Positions 43,531 to 55,814 of a DNA stretch of 64,000 nucleotides are shown one piece after another (position 1 is the stretch's first letter; every line of letters starts with the position of its first letter). This DNA is from Eledone cirrhosa (taxonomy: Eukaryota), in contig CAXHJY010000941.1 in NCBI GenBank assembly GCA_964016885.1, positions 62,001-126,000 of the forward strand, in the 5' to 3' direction. The translations under genes were made by a program, and so were the position numbers. Below the pieces are notes generated by a model. That model worked only from the letters and a program-made list of their open reading frames with translations, had not been told where the DNA came from and made no database searches.

Positions 43531-43602
43531 CTGTCTGATGATGACACGACACTCGCACACAGAACAGTGTGGCCAGTGTCGTCATTGAAATATATATCAC
43601 AG
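43531..43602 (+). ncRNA. Type I hammerhead-like motif with canonical core and long stem II
   Basis: CUGU-CUGAUGA-ugacACGACACU...AGUGUCGUcauu-GAAA-UAUAUA-UC-ACAG. The base of stem II is imperfect. Confidence 0.7.
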
Positions 43603-43943
43603 TATTATTATTAAAGGACTTGAACATCTGAAACTACTTTGCTTTTCCTTATTCAATATTTACTCTGTCACTCCTATGTGGAAAAAGTACGTTGAGTGCT
43701 TGAATTGAATTGCATCAATGTTTACCCTAATATATATATATATATATATAGGGAATGTAACAAATGAATTGTTATAGACCTTTCTAAGCTCTAATGGTTC
43801 ATTCTGTCATTACCACAGCAGAGGTCCGATGAACTTTTGATTCCAGAGTTGAGCTAGATCGATACAAATCGAACCTTGAGCTGTTCATTAGCGAAAAGCA
43901 TGTCACTGCTCAATAAATGTAATGGAGATATAACAAATCGTCC

Positions 43944-43981
<38 letters not shown>

Positions 43982-44029
43982 ATAAAAAGGATGATTTGTT
44001 ATGTCTTCATCTATATATATATCAACATT

Positions 44030-44140
44030 TTCATCATCATCATTTTATGTCCGCTTTTCCCTGCTTGCAAAGGCGGGATGGGAACTGATTCTGGCTTGAT
44101 TTCTACAGTTGGATGCCCTTCCTAACACCAACCTCATTTT
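44030..44140 (-). mobile_element. SINE/RTE 3' tail fragment
   Basis: Matches 39690-39790. Confidence 0.8.
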
Positions 44141-44240
44141 ACATATATATATCTATATATGTATGTATATATATATATACATGTATGTGGTTCACAGCTG
44201 AGAGAAAAGTGTGCTCAATACCAAAGTAGAATTTTAATAT

Positions 44241-44380
44241 TCATTTTATTAAGGCTAAATAGTTAGTGTTGTTACTCTGGAGTTTTGCCTGTTTATTTCA
44301 AGGTCATAGACAAAAACCTGTGATAAACAGGTGAAACTCCAAATTAACAAGACTCACTATTTAGTCTTAATAAAATAAAT
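44241..44380. repeat. Imperfect foldback, ~55-bp arms
   Basis: ATTTTATTAAGGCTAAATAGT...CCTGTTTAT versus ATAAACAGG...ACTATTTAGTCTTAATAAAAT. Confidence 0.75.
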
Positions 44381-45637
44381 GTGTGTGTGCATGTGAACGG
44401 GTTATATATTGAAATGATAGTAACATTTTAGGAATTAAAAATAATTTTGTAATTTCTCTATGTGATAAACAATGTGCTTGAAATAACAAATGTGTAGAGA
44501 ATTAATTACTTACTGTGATTCTCACTCAATGAATTGATTACTCATTTATTACTCTAATATCTGGACAATGCTAAGCATACTTTTAGTATGTAAATAATTA
44601 GAATTTCAGGTTTGTCTCCTCTGCCACTTTTAACCAGAATTAGACATTTAAATTATAAAATCATAGTTAGTCTCATCACCAAAGGAATACTTTTAATTAT
44701 TTTTTAAGTAATTAATTTCTTGGCTTACTACATCAAGTTTATCATTTTTTTTGTGATATAATGGTTGTTTCCATATATACACGTTTGCTTATGTGTATAT
44801 TTCTGTGTGTTCAAGTTAATTTTCTGTCTATATGCTCATTCTGCAATTCAATTACTATAGTGACAAAAATATAATCAACAAACGGGAGAAAAAACAAGTA
44901 AAAAAACAAAAGGGCATGACAACAGAAATGCCAAAACAAGCTGAAATGTGACAAGCGTGAGAGAAAATATTAATATGATAACTATGCATTTTTTTCACCA
45001 AGATATTTCAAAATCAATGAGAATTAAAGAACAGAAAAAAATTGGCATTTTAAGCCAGAACAGGCACAAAAAAACACAAGACTAATTTCGCCTTTATTTT
45101 TTCCTAAAATTGCTAGTGAACAAAGAATTTAAAAGAGAAACAGACATTATTATGTGGCAAACAAAATGAAATTTTTTATACATGAGAACTAACAGATGAT
45201 TTATACAAATGCTCACAAGAAAATAGACATAGCAAAAACTAGGAAATTATAAGAAAAGAAATTGGTTTAGATATAGCTGGTTTTCTTGAACTGGTGATGC
45301 TAAACTGAGAAGATGACAAAAACTGGATGGCATTACAGATTTCTTGTTTTAAAAATTCTCTAATCTGGAAAGTAAACTACAGTGATATTTTCTCAAAAAG
45401 TTATCTGGTGAAATTAGCATTAGACCCATGCTTTGTCACCTAACAGGCTAAGAATTGCAAGCTGACAAAATACTGGCTGCTCTCTGATATGCTTATTTCC
45501 AAACCTATAATGGTAGAAACATTAGATATCTTGTAACCTTGATCCACCTGCCTAATCAGTTTGATTAGGATAAAGATGGCCATCCATAAGAATAATTTCT
45601 GTGAAGGGAAATGATTCTTTTAGCCCATCTTCCTTAC

Positions 45638-45713
45638 CATTTGCTATTTTGGCTGCTGGGACTATAAAACATTTGCATAGCACGCGTTTATATAATAAAA
45701 TGTTCATGTCTGT
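45638..45713 (-). CDS. Candidate short host exon
   Basis: TTTTTCTTCATGTATTACAG acceptor, GTAAGG donor, open frame TDMNILLYKRVLCKCFIVPAAKIAN+G. The phase matches exon 36893-37067. Confidence 0.3.
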
Positions 45714-46227
45714 CTGTAATACATGAAGAAAAATATGAATTTCTGTTAAAAATATAACAAGAAAAGAAAATGCTTTAAAATATTATTTCTTCCAAATTAT
45801 TTTTACGGAAAGGAACGATTGCAGTTCACATCCCCCTTTATACACAAAGTATTGTTGTATAAGAACGAGCTGAATTAATTCAGTCTTTTAAAATGAATTT
45901 CCAAAACATTGCAAGTTTAATCTAAATATTTAATCATTTGCATTTATTAAATTTCATTTTTAGTCTTAGAAAAAAAAAGAAAATCAATAACAGCTCTGAA
46001 AATATGAAAATATGTATTTTCATTGGACATCATTGTTTGCATATTTTTTTTTTCGATAATGCAAATGGAGTCACACACAAAGGAAATTAAACAACATTAT
46101 TAAAATGAAAACACAATATATGCCTGCATATATATAGATATGGTTATGTATATATCATTATCATCGTTATTTTCACTGTGTTTTTTTCCCATGTTTGCGT
46201 GGGATTGATTGGCTGTCAAATTATGGC

Positions 46228-47545
46228 CTAGGCAGTTCGTCTTTCCTTAAATTTGAACTCTGGTCTTTCAATCAGGTATAAGCAGGTACCACAATTTGTT
46301 CTGCATTTTATAACAGTGGGATTAGAGATTTGTTTGTGGGATTTTGTCCTAGTATAGATATGTTTTAGTATTTTGGGCTGTCTTTTACTTTTGATTTTTT
46401 TTTGTTTTTCTACAATTTTTTTCATCTTCATATAGAATAGGAAGGTTTTTGCAGAGGTGGTCAAATATGCAGAGATGGTCAAACGTTCAGAATAAAAGGG
46501 AATTTCATCTGTAACTTAGAAAACCTAATCTATGTGATTGCATGCTGTGGATGTTTAAAAAGATTACATACAACAGATGGGAATTCCATTACACCAAAGA
46601 ATGACCATACATCGCCAACAAATAATGAAAACATGAGACAAATCCCATTAAGCAGTCACATTGAAACATGTGCAGGATTAGATATATCCAACTTTACCCA
46701 ATCTACAAATGCTCAGACACTTTCACTTAACAACAGAGATTAAATAAAGAAAAACAATTCATTAAAAAATACAAACCACAATTAAATAAGTAATTACCCC
46801 CCACCCCATTAGACAATAGTGATTTATAGGTGGGAATAACCAATTTATACTCACCTGTAAGCAAACCTATTCATTTGTAGTCACACAAATACCACAAGAT
46901 AAAAGGAAATCTCAACTAAAAGCTTTTTCTCTTCTTTTTTTCTCTTTCTTTCGTTTTCTTTTTCTTCTTCTACAAATCCTTCAGAAACCCATTCTTTGTA
47001 CCCACCCAAGGACCCCTTTCAACCATATTTATATCTTTATTTCCCTTATTCTTGCTTTTATCTGCAAACCATGAAAATAATCTTAATCTCTTGACACAAG
47101 GGAACCCCACGTACACGTGTACACACAAATGCACACGCACACACGTATGTATGTATGTATGTATATACACATTTCAGAATAACAAAAATGCCATCTGGAC
47201 CATTATTATGAATAGTAAAAGAATTTCATATTTTAACTGAATGAATTCAATTGAATTCTGACCTGTTGAACCTTACTTCTACCTTCATCATCACACTTTC
47301 ATAAAGAACATATATATAAGAAGAAACTTTGATGGAAAATTCACAAATGTTCTACCTACTCGCAGAATATGAGAACAGACTTTGTTTGATATTTGATAAG
47401 GTTGATATACCAATCAAAACCGGTAATATTTGGCATAATTTAAATCCATTTAGTGTAACAATTATAAAATTATTCATTCTGTTGATGTAAAGAAAAAAAA
47501 ATCTTTAAATCATTTTTTACTTTTTTACTTTTACCTTTTACCTAT
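46228..47545 (+). mobile_element. Old Neptune-like PLE 3' fragment with 5' inversion (46228-~46470 on - strand)
   Basis: Plus strand: TFRIKGNFICNLENLIYVIACCGC...RLNKEKQFIKKYKPQLNK*. Minus strand: KSKRQPKILKH...KCRTNCGTCLYLI..EFKFK, the linker normally just upstream. Hammerhead-like motif at 47388-47430. Confidence 0.8.
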
Positions 47546-47814
47546 ATATATATCATTATCGTTCAAATGTCCACTTTCCTTTCTAGCAAGGGCTGGATTA
47601 AATATATATTTATATATGGGTGGGTGGGGTGGTGGTTAATGCATGTATGTATTTATACATGTATCCATATATATTCCTCTCTAATAAAGTGCATTTGTGG
47701 TTTGATATTATTGTTATTTTTCTCTCTTGCATGCTCTTTCTCTAAATATAATCAAAAACATGCATCAAAGCTGTTTACTTTAAGTTAGCATAAATTCAGC
47801 TCTAAAAATTGATT

Positions 47815-47857
<43 letters not shown>

Positions 47858-48099
47858 CAATTAAAAACAACTGCATGGGCGTATGTGAATTCTGTAAGCT
47901 GTAGTGAAGTTAACTCATCTAAGAGAGCAGTGACTCCAATTAATAGAGTAGGCATAACTCCATACAATGTAAATCTTGGGAACACAAGAGATGTAGTGGG
48001 ACAACAGGTAGACTAACAGGAAAGGAAGACTTTGTTTATAGAAGATGCACATGAGCAATCTAAGGGAAGAGCATCAGTGACATAAACCTCTTCAAATCA

Positions 48100-48680
48100 C
48101 AGGAAGGATTCATAGAGGTGGTTGATAACTTCTGCTATCTAGGTCACTTAATCAGCAGTGGAGGAGGATGCTCTGAGAGCATAATAGCTAGAATAAGGAT
48201 AGGAAGGAAGAAGTTTAGAGAGCTACTCCCACTTTTGACAACAAAAGGTCCTATGTACAAAAGTATGACTGTATGATGCCTGTGTGCAATGCTGCATGGT
48301 AGTGAAATATGGGCAGTGTCTGAGAACACATACGTAGACTGGAGAGAAATGAAGCAGCCATGCTTCATTGAATGTGCAACATAAATGTGAGAGAAAGGCA
48401 GAGCTTGGATGAACTGAAGAAGAAGCTGGGTTTAAGAAGAATTTGAGGTAGCATGCAGGAGAGAAAACTGCATTGGTACAGACATGAGATGTGCATGGAT
48501 GATGATTATTGGGTGAATAAGTGCCAATGGATGGAAACTGCAGTAGAGGTAGACCAAGAAAGACCTGAGCAGAGGTGGTGAGAGCTGATCTCAAATTGCC
48601 TAGACTCACAGAGGACATGACAAAAAAAAAGCAGAAAGTGGAACGATGCTGTACTGAAAAGAACCAGTCAAACATGGAAA
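48100..48680 (+). pseudogene. Decayed RTE 3' fragment
   Basis: [45 protein letters not shown]. Confidence 0.85.
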
Positions 48681-48794
48681 AGCAGATGTAAAAATGAATC
48701 AGGATGCCACTCGAGAACATCAAGTCAAAGTGGAGTGGGCTCTCCATTGGAACTAAACCTTATACATTATTGGCACTCTATTAGTTACAATAAA

Positions 48795-49081
48795 AAGTGT
48801 TCCAGTTGCTACAATCAATGGAACAGCCTGCTCATGAAATTAATGTTCATGTGGCTAAGCATTCCACAAACACACATACCCTTAATGTAGGTCTCAGGGT
48901 GATTTGGCATGACACAGAATGTGACAAGGATGGCCTTCAAATTACAGGTATAACTCATAATTGCCAGCTAAGTGAACTTAAGCAACACAAAATAAACTGT
49001 TTTGTTCAAGGACACAACACAGGGTTGAGAATCAAATTCACGACCTTGCAGTTGTGAGACAAATACCCTAAGCACCAAGCC
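48795..49081 (-). mobile_element. Diverged CORE-type SINE with a different tail
   Basis: Degenerate tRNA head and CCTTGAACAAAACAGTTTATTT block on the minus strand. Confidence 0.6.
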
Positions 49082-49089
49082 TTATATAT

Positions 49090-49413
49090 ATCATCATCAT
49101 TTCATTTTATGTCCGCTTTTTCCCTGCTTGCAAGGGTGGGACGGGAACTGATTCTGGCTTGATTTCTACAGCTGGATGCCCTTCCTAACACCAACCTCAT
49201 TTACAGTGAGTTCTGGGTGCTTTTTTGCCGTGGCGCCTCCACGATCACTTTGCAGTGGAATGATAGGGACCCCAGTCCTATCATCTCATTTCTACAGCTG
49301 AGTAAACTGGAGCAATGTGAAATAAAGTGTCTTGCTCAAGGAAACACCACATCACCCAGTCTGAGAATTGAACTCACAACCTTTTGATTGCAAGGCTCTA
49401 ACCACTAAGCCAT
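49090..49413 (-). mobile_element. CORE-type SINE with RTE tail
   Basis: Near-identical to 39676-40017. Confidence 0.9.
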
Positions 49414-49945
49414 GTATATATATTTATATATAATAATAATAATAAATGTGACTAAAATCCAAAGAGGGCTCGATAAGGATTATATATATATCAAAATATA
49501 TAAAACCATAGTTTCAGAAGATCCTGTTAAGGGTGAGAGCAGTGATTCTTTGCTTAAATTTTAATCTGTTATTTTAATTAATATATATATATATATATAT
49601 TAAACATTTAGGAATGCTTAGGTTATACAAGCAAACCTCTCAATATTCAATAGCATTTACAATTACATTGAAGTGAATGTTGGTGAATGTCTAAATAAAT
49701 AAAAACAACTTCATCTTAGCAGCATCATTCCAACTCAATGTAAAGTCCAGAAGGTGGTGATCAAGTAAATATGTGTTATCCTTGATTTGATTGAATCGAT
49801 TTTTCAAACAGTAATTTATTAGAATTCTTTAAAAAAAATCTTTCTGAGTATAAAATCTTGAGTATTTTCCCATACTTCCTAAGAGATTCTGTGTATTTTC
49901 CCTCTTTGCCAATTTCCTTGGAGAATATCCCCACATTGAACTTAA

Positions 49946-50164
49946 CCCATTAGCATTTACATTACTCTATATAGACTATTGTATTGTGAAAGTAAACACT
50001 TTATTTCACAATTATCTCATATGATATCGAATCTACAAGATTTTCATATTATTTATTTTGAGAACAATACCTTAACATCAGTACGAGCAGCCAGTTATGG
50101 CCAGTTTGAACAGAAAGAGTTGAGGGAATTCTGGCCAGATACTGCTGGTTTAAATGCTAAAAGG
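49946..50164 (-). mobile_element. piggyBac-type MITE
   Basis: TTAA-CCCATTAGCATTTA...TAAATGCTAAAAGG-TTAA. The body is the reverse complement of the two other copies. Confidence 0.8.
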
Positions 50165-50267
50165 TTAAACAGCTTATTTTACTTCCATGCACTAAATGGA
50201 TTTTCATACACTTTATTAGGGGGTAAATTTCTGACAAATTCAACTATTTTTGCTAAACATCTCTAGT

Positions 50268-50597
50268 ATCATCATCATCATCATCATTTCATTTTACGTC
50301 CCCTTTTCCCTGCTTGCAAGGGTGGGACGGGAACTGATTCTGGCTTGATTTCTACAGCTGGATGCCCTTCCTAACACCAACCTCATTTACAGTGAGTGCT
50401 GGGTGCTTTTTTGCCATGGCACCTCCACGACCACTTTACCCCAGTCCCTATCATCTCATTTCTACAGCTGAGTAAACTGGAGCAATGTGAAATAAAGTGT
50501 CTTGCTCAAGGAAACAACACATCACCTGGTCTGAGAATTGAACTCACAACCTTTCAATTGCAAGGCCAATGCTCTAACCACTAAGCCATGTGCCTCC
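50268..50597 (-). mobile_element. CORE-type SINE with RTE tail
   Basis: Near-identical to 39676-40017. Confidence 0.9.
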
Positions 50598-53017
50598 ATA
50601 TTGTCTCATTGTATATATATATATATACATAACCACACAGACGCACACATACAAATACATTACTTATATAATCACAGACGCACACATACAAATACATTAC
50701 TTATATAATCAAAGACGTACAGACCCATATTACTATTTTTACAAAGTAGGTAAAGAAGTACTAAAATTTAAGGGAATCATGGAATATTTTTGGATATAGT
50801 CAAGCAGGGGTGTTTTACATGAGAGAGGTTTCTTTGTGGTGGTGATGATTGGGTTGTGATGGTGGGGGTGTTGGTGATTTGGTTGTGATGGTGGGGGTGT
50901 TGGGGGTAGTGATGATTTACATACACAAACATACATTTGTTCATATTCTGTTAGAAATTCTAATTCCTATGAAACAAATAACATAGAGTGGTCTTTAACA
51001 ACGATATTGTTATTCAAATTTTCCTCTTCTAGTCATAGAAGCATTGACATGAAGCAAATGAAAGCTGTATGTGGCATGTCAGGCTATTATTTCTCCAACC
51101 AAGTATGTTTCTCATACAATGAGACAATAGCCAAGAAATTACAATGTAGTGATTAAACAGAGTTTACAGTAAAATTTTCCAATAGTAACATTTTATTATG
51201 TTCTATAAAGTAAAGTAGTATTTAGATATTATTAGAATGTTAAATGTTGTCTTACTTGTAGGTCATATTGATTTGGTTTATGCAGGAAGTTATAAATTTA
51301 TAGGAGAGTACAATGTGATTGCGTGTGTTTCCCTAGATAATTACTGGCTTATGGTAGGTAAAGTGAATTAGATCTAATCTGTATCAGATTCTTGCTTTAC
51401 ATGTTGTGATGGAGACTGTGGAATTGGTTGTAGCCACTTCAATATATTGTAGTGAAAATAAATCTAGTTCAATATAGTTATTTGGTTCAGTTTCTAAATT
51501 GAAATCACACTTTGTAATTTGAACTTAGAAACTTTAATTTTCAAATTTCTTTCTTTATAAAACACATGGATGGCACACACAGTTGATAAGTAATTCATTA
51601 ACTGTGTAGTATTTTTATTTTATGGCCCTATACGTTCAGAGTTCAAATCCTGTTGAAGTTAGCTATGCCTTTCATCCTACTGGAATTAATAAAATAAAGT
51701 ACCAATAATGCAATCTCTTAATGCCATTCCCTTCAAATTGCTGGCCTTGTGCTTACAGTAAAAATAATTATTTCTTCATTTTATAATCACTTCACACATT
51801 GGATCATTGTTGGTAAAGCTACCAAAGACAATTATTATCTTGGACTATACTGGTTTTCATTTGCTTCTATACACACCTTTGGAGAATTTAAGCTAAAAAA
51901 ACTGTTTGTTGAAACAGCTTGGAAGAAAGGATTTAAAATCACATGCAAATGAAAATAGTGTTAGTGGTGGTAGTAGTGGTAGTTGATGGTCTCTATCAGT
52001 CTCCTGTTGTGCTGATATTTCTCAAAGTAAGAATAATTAGAAGGTCAAATCCTTCTGAACTTTGTTCCAATGATAACAATAACTAATTATAAACATAACT
52101 ATATCAGCAACTGTAAACTGTTGTTTGTGTCAGGAGAATAGGAAGACTTTAATAGCATTGCTTTTAACAATAAATAATCAATGTTTTTATTTATAATTCT
52201 GGTCATGTCCTATAGAAGATATGGAGTGAAGAGGCAATTAGTCTTAAGGGAAGAGAGAGAGAGTGCGTGTGCATCTGAGATAGTGAGAAAGAAGAGAGAG
52301 TAGGAGACAGAGAATAATATACTTTCTTTTACCAATGTAATTTAATTGTATAAGGTTAGCCAATCATTTTTATTTGAAAATCAAGACTACCACAAAATTG
52401 GTAGCCCAAAAGCAAACAAAACAACAACAATAACAACAAACACAATAGTGAGCCTCAAAACTGCTTACATGATTACACATGAAAGTTTAAGGTGAACTCA
52501 ATAATGGTGGCATTTGAAGTTTTTAGATTCTGACATTTGCATGTACTCTAGCTACTAGTGAGTGTTCTACCATTAGTTAACCTTTCTTGGTTTTACCATA
52601 CTATAAGAGACTTAAGAATATCACTTACATTTCCTTGTAATCAAATTGTAGCATGTTGAAAAAAGGACATTTTTTGAAAGATGTGATACAATGCCTATGA
52701 TGCCATAGTGACTACTTCAACAAATTGAAGGAAAATATTTTTTGAATTAATTCAACATTTTTGGACTATTAACTTCATCATTATATATCTATGCTATGCA
52801 ACTAGATTTCAATTATTTTATTCTCTGATTAGCTCCAAGTAACATATTCCTATTTACATAAACATATACAGAAGACTATCATGGTGGCGATTAGAGTATA
52901 GAAACACTGAATAAGGAAAAAATGTGTGGATTGAAACCCATCCTAAGGCTATGTTTGTTATATATATTACCTAAAGACAAAATAAAGAAAACAACAACAG
53001 CAACAATAATAATAATA

Positions 53018-53466
53018 ATGGTTTCTAATTTAGGCACAAGGCCAGCAATTTTGGGGGCGGGAAAAAATCGATTAGATCAACCTCAGTGCATTACTGGTGC
53101 TTTATTTCATCGACCCCGTAAGGATGAAAGGCAAAGCTAACCTCAGTGGAATTTGAACTCAGAATATGAAGGATCGTAACTCTATGCTGCGAAGCATGGT
53201 GCCTGACACTCTACCAATAGTGCCAATCCACCACCCTAATAATAATAATAATTGTTTCTACTCCACAAGGCCAGCAATTTGAAGGGGTGGGGAAAGTTGC
53301 TTAAATTGACCCCAGTGCATTATTGGTAATTTATTTCATCAACCCCATAAGGATGAAAGGCAAAGCTAACCTCGGTAGGATTTGAACTCAGAACGTAAAG
53401 GGTCGTAACTCTATGCTGCGAAGCATGGTGCCTGATGTTCTACTGATACTGCCAATCCACCGCCCT
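53018..53466 (-). mobile_element. Tandem pair of Meta-like tRNA SINEs (53018-53237, 53250-53466)
   Basis: Both match 41126-41313 and are separated by (AAT)n. Confidence 0.85.
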
Positions 53467-53787
53467 AATAATAATAATTGTAACCCCCACAAACCACTCT
53501 CATGGGATTGTGAGGCAAACAATATTGAAATAGTTATTATCAAGCAACAAATCACAAAAAATATGTGTACACAGCTAAATAGAAGTAGGTAAAGGAAAAG
53601 TACTCTACACTCATTGAATGTCATGAAAGAGTGAAACTGGAAGGAAGCCATTGAGTAGGGCAACATATTTTTTACTTTTGTATGGAAAAGAACATGTTTC
53701 TGATGTCAGAAAGTAAACTAATGAATCGGGGGGTGATTAGGAGAAAGTTAATTGAGGTAGAAATATCTCAGATTAGTGAATGTCTAA

Positions 53788-54008
53788 CCCTTTAGCATTT
53801 AAACTGGCTGTATCCAGCCAGAATTCTCTCACCTCTTTCTGTCCAAACCAACTGTAATCGGCTGCTCATATTTATGTTAAGGTATTGTTCCCAAAATAAA
53901 TAATATCAAAATCTTATAGATTTGATATTATATGGGATAATTATGTGAAACGAAGCCTTTACTGCGAAAATATATTAGTAAACAGAGAATAATGTAAATT
54001 CTAAAGGG
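53788..54008 (+). mobile_element. piggyBac-type MITE
   Basis: cTAA-CCCTTTAGCATTTA...TAAATTCTAAAGGG-TTAA. Confidence 0.8.
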
Positions 54009-54322
54009 TTAAGGGAACTTGCAGATGATCAACAAAAGTAGGTTAGAGTAGAAGCTGAAGCTGTTTCTACAGTTGAAGTCAGAAATAAAAATAGACAACA
54101 GGAACGGGGAAATTATGATGAGACTGTTAGGGCTGCTGAAGAGGTTATGGATTGAACCCTAGTACTACTGAGGGGAGTTATACAAGAGGAAGAAGACAAT
54201 TGGATGATGAATTGCTTACATTACAAAGATGACTTATCAATTTGATGAATGCCCCCGAAGAAAACATTTCGATGAATATGAGAAGGGTAGATTGGAACAT
54301 GATGAATGAAATTACAAAAAAG

Positions 54323-55030
54323 ATGGTAGTGAGACCTGGGCACTGTCTGTAGAAGACTTGCGTAGATTAGAAAGAAATGAAACCTGCATGCTCCGATGGA
54401 TATGTAATAGTAATATATGCGAACGGCAAAGCATAAATGAATTGAGAGAGAGACTGAGCATAAGAGGAATCAAATGCTGTGTGCAGGAGAGGTGGTTGCA
54501 TTGGTATGGACATGTGATGCGTATGAAGGATGGCAGCTGCATAAAAATGTGCAGAACACTAGAAGTCGATGGAAACCGCGGAGTGGGGGAGACCCAAGAA
54601 GACCTGGGATGAGGTAATAAAAGCTGACCTTACCCAATTACATCTCTCAAAGGCGATGACACATGACCGTGACCTCTGGCATCACGCAGTAATACAGCAG
54701 ACCCAACCTCCCACGGGTACAAGCCGAAGCTGAATGATATAGGCAATATGCCCCCAAACCCTCCCAATGCAAAGTGGTCGTGGAGGTGCTACAACAAAAA
54801 AGCACTCAGCCCACACTGTAAAGGGGTTGTGTAGGTGCCATGGAAAAAAGCACCCAGCACTCACTGTAAATGAGGTTGGTGTTAGGAAGGGCATCCAGCT
54901 GTAGAAATCAAGCCAGAATCAGTTCCCGTATGAGCAAGACATGGTCAGCCGACCGGCTACTGCCCACAACAGGACAACCCGTCTAACCTATGCTAGCATG
55001 GAAGAATGGACGTAAAACGGTGATGATGAT
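54323..55030 (+). mobile_element. RTE 3' fragment, subfamily whose 3' UTR matches the CORE-SINE tail
   Basis: GSETWAL...RRLERNETCMLRW...WYGHVMRM; ends GGACGTAAAACGGTGATGATGAT. Confidence 0.9.
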
Positions 55031-55296
55031 AAATGTTGCCATACCACATATCCAGGCAGAGGACATAACACAAACAAGGAATCTTATCAGAGCTATTGTA
55101 CTATTTTTTGAGAAATTACAACTGATGAAAACAAAGCAGAGTAAGGCAAAAGAGCCATGATGGAAACAATGAATTAAAAAATGACATAATATGGTTAAGG
55201 CAAGATCTAAGAAAAATTGAGCAATGGTTTAGTGGAAAACAGAAAAAAAGACTGATCAAGAACGATAAGTAAGATTGGAAATATAAACAATGTAAT

Positions 55297-55486
55297 AATT
55301 GTTTCTACTTTTGGCACAAGGCCAGCAAATACCCAGTGTATTACTGGTACTTTATTTTATCGACCCCTTAAGGATGAAAGGCAAAGTTAACCTCGGCAGG
55401 ATTTGAACTCAGAATGGCAAGGGCCATAACTCTATGCGTCAAAGTATGGCATCTGACCTTCTACCGATACTGCCAATCCACCGCCA
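55297..55486 (-). mobile_element. Meta-like tRNA SINE
   Basis: Matches 41126-41313. ATAAACAATGTAATAAT occurs on both sides (~55283, ~55486), a likely target-site duplication. Confidence 0.85.
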
Positions 55487-55814
55487 TAAACAATGTAATA
55501 ATGGATTCTATACAGCAGCTAAGGTTTATCATTTTTCATGACAAAATTCAAATAAATTTTAAAAGGCATCAGCTGTAATAACTAGCTTCTTAAGAGAAAT
55601 AAGCAACACTACCTCAACTATTCGCTTTGGTTAACACTATTACCACTACCACAACCACCAACACTGCAACCAATATCACCCACCCCAACCAATATCAAAC
55701 AACCACCACAAATATTACTGCCATTGTCACGACTACCAACACCATTGCAGCTACCACCACCACAAAACCCCCACCTTATCACAATCACTCCTATAAACAA
55801 AAGTAATAAAATAG

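Noticed and set aside
51256-51353. Possible short exon (splice-like signals and an open frame on both strands)
   Set aside because: No homology recognised, and the phase is incompatible with the other candidate exons.
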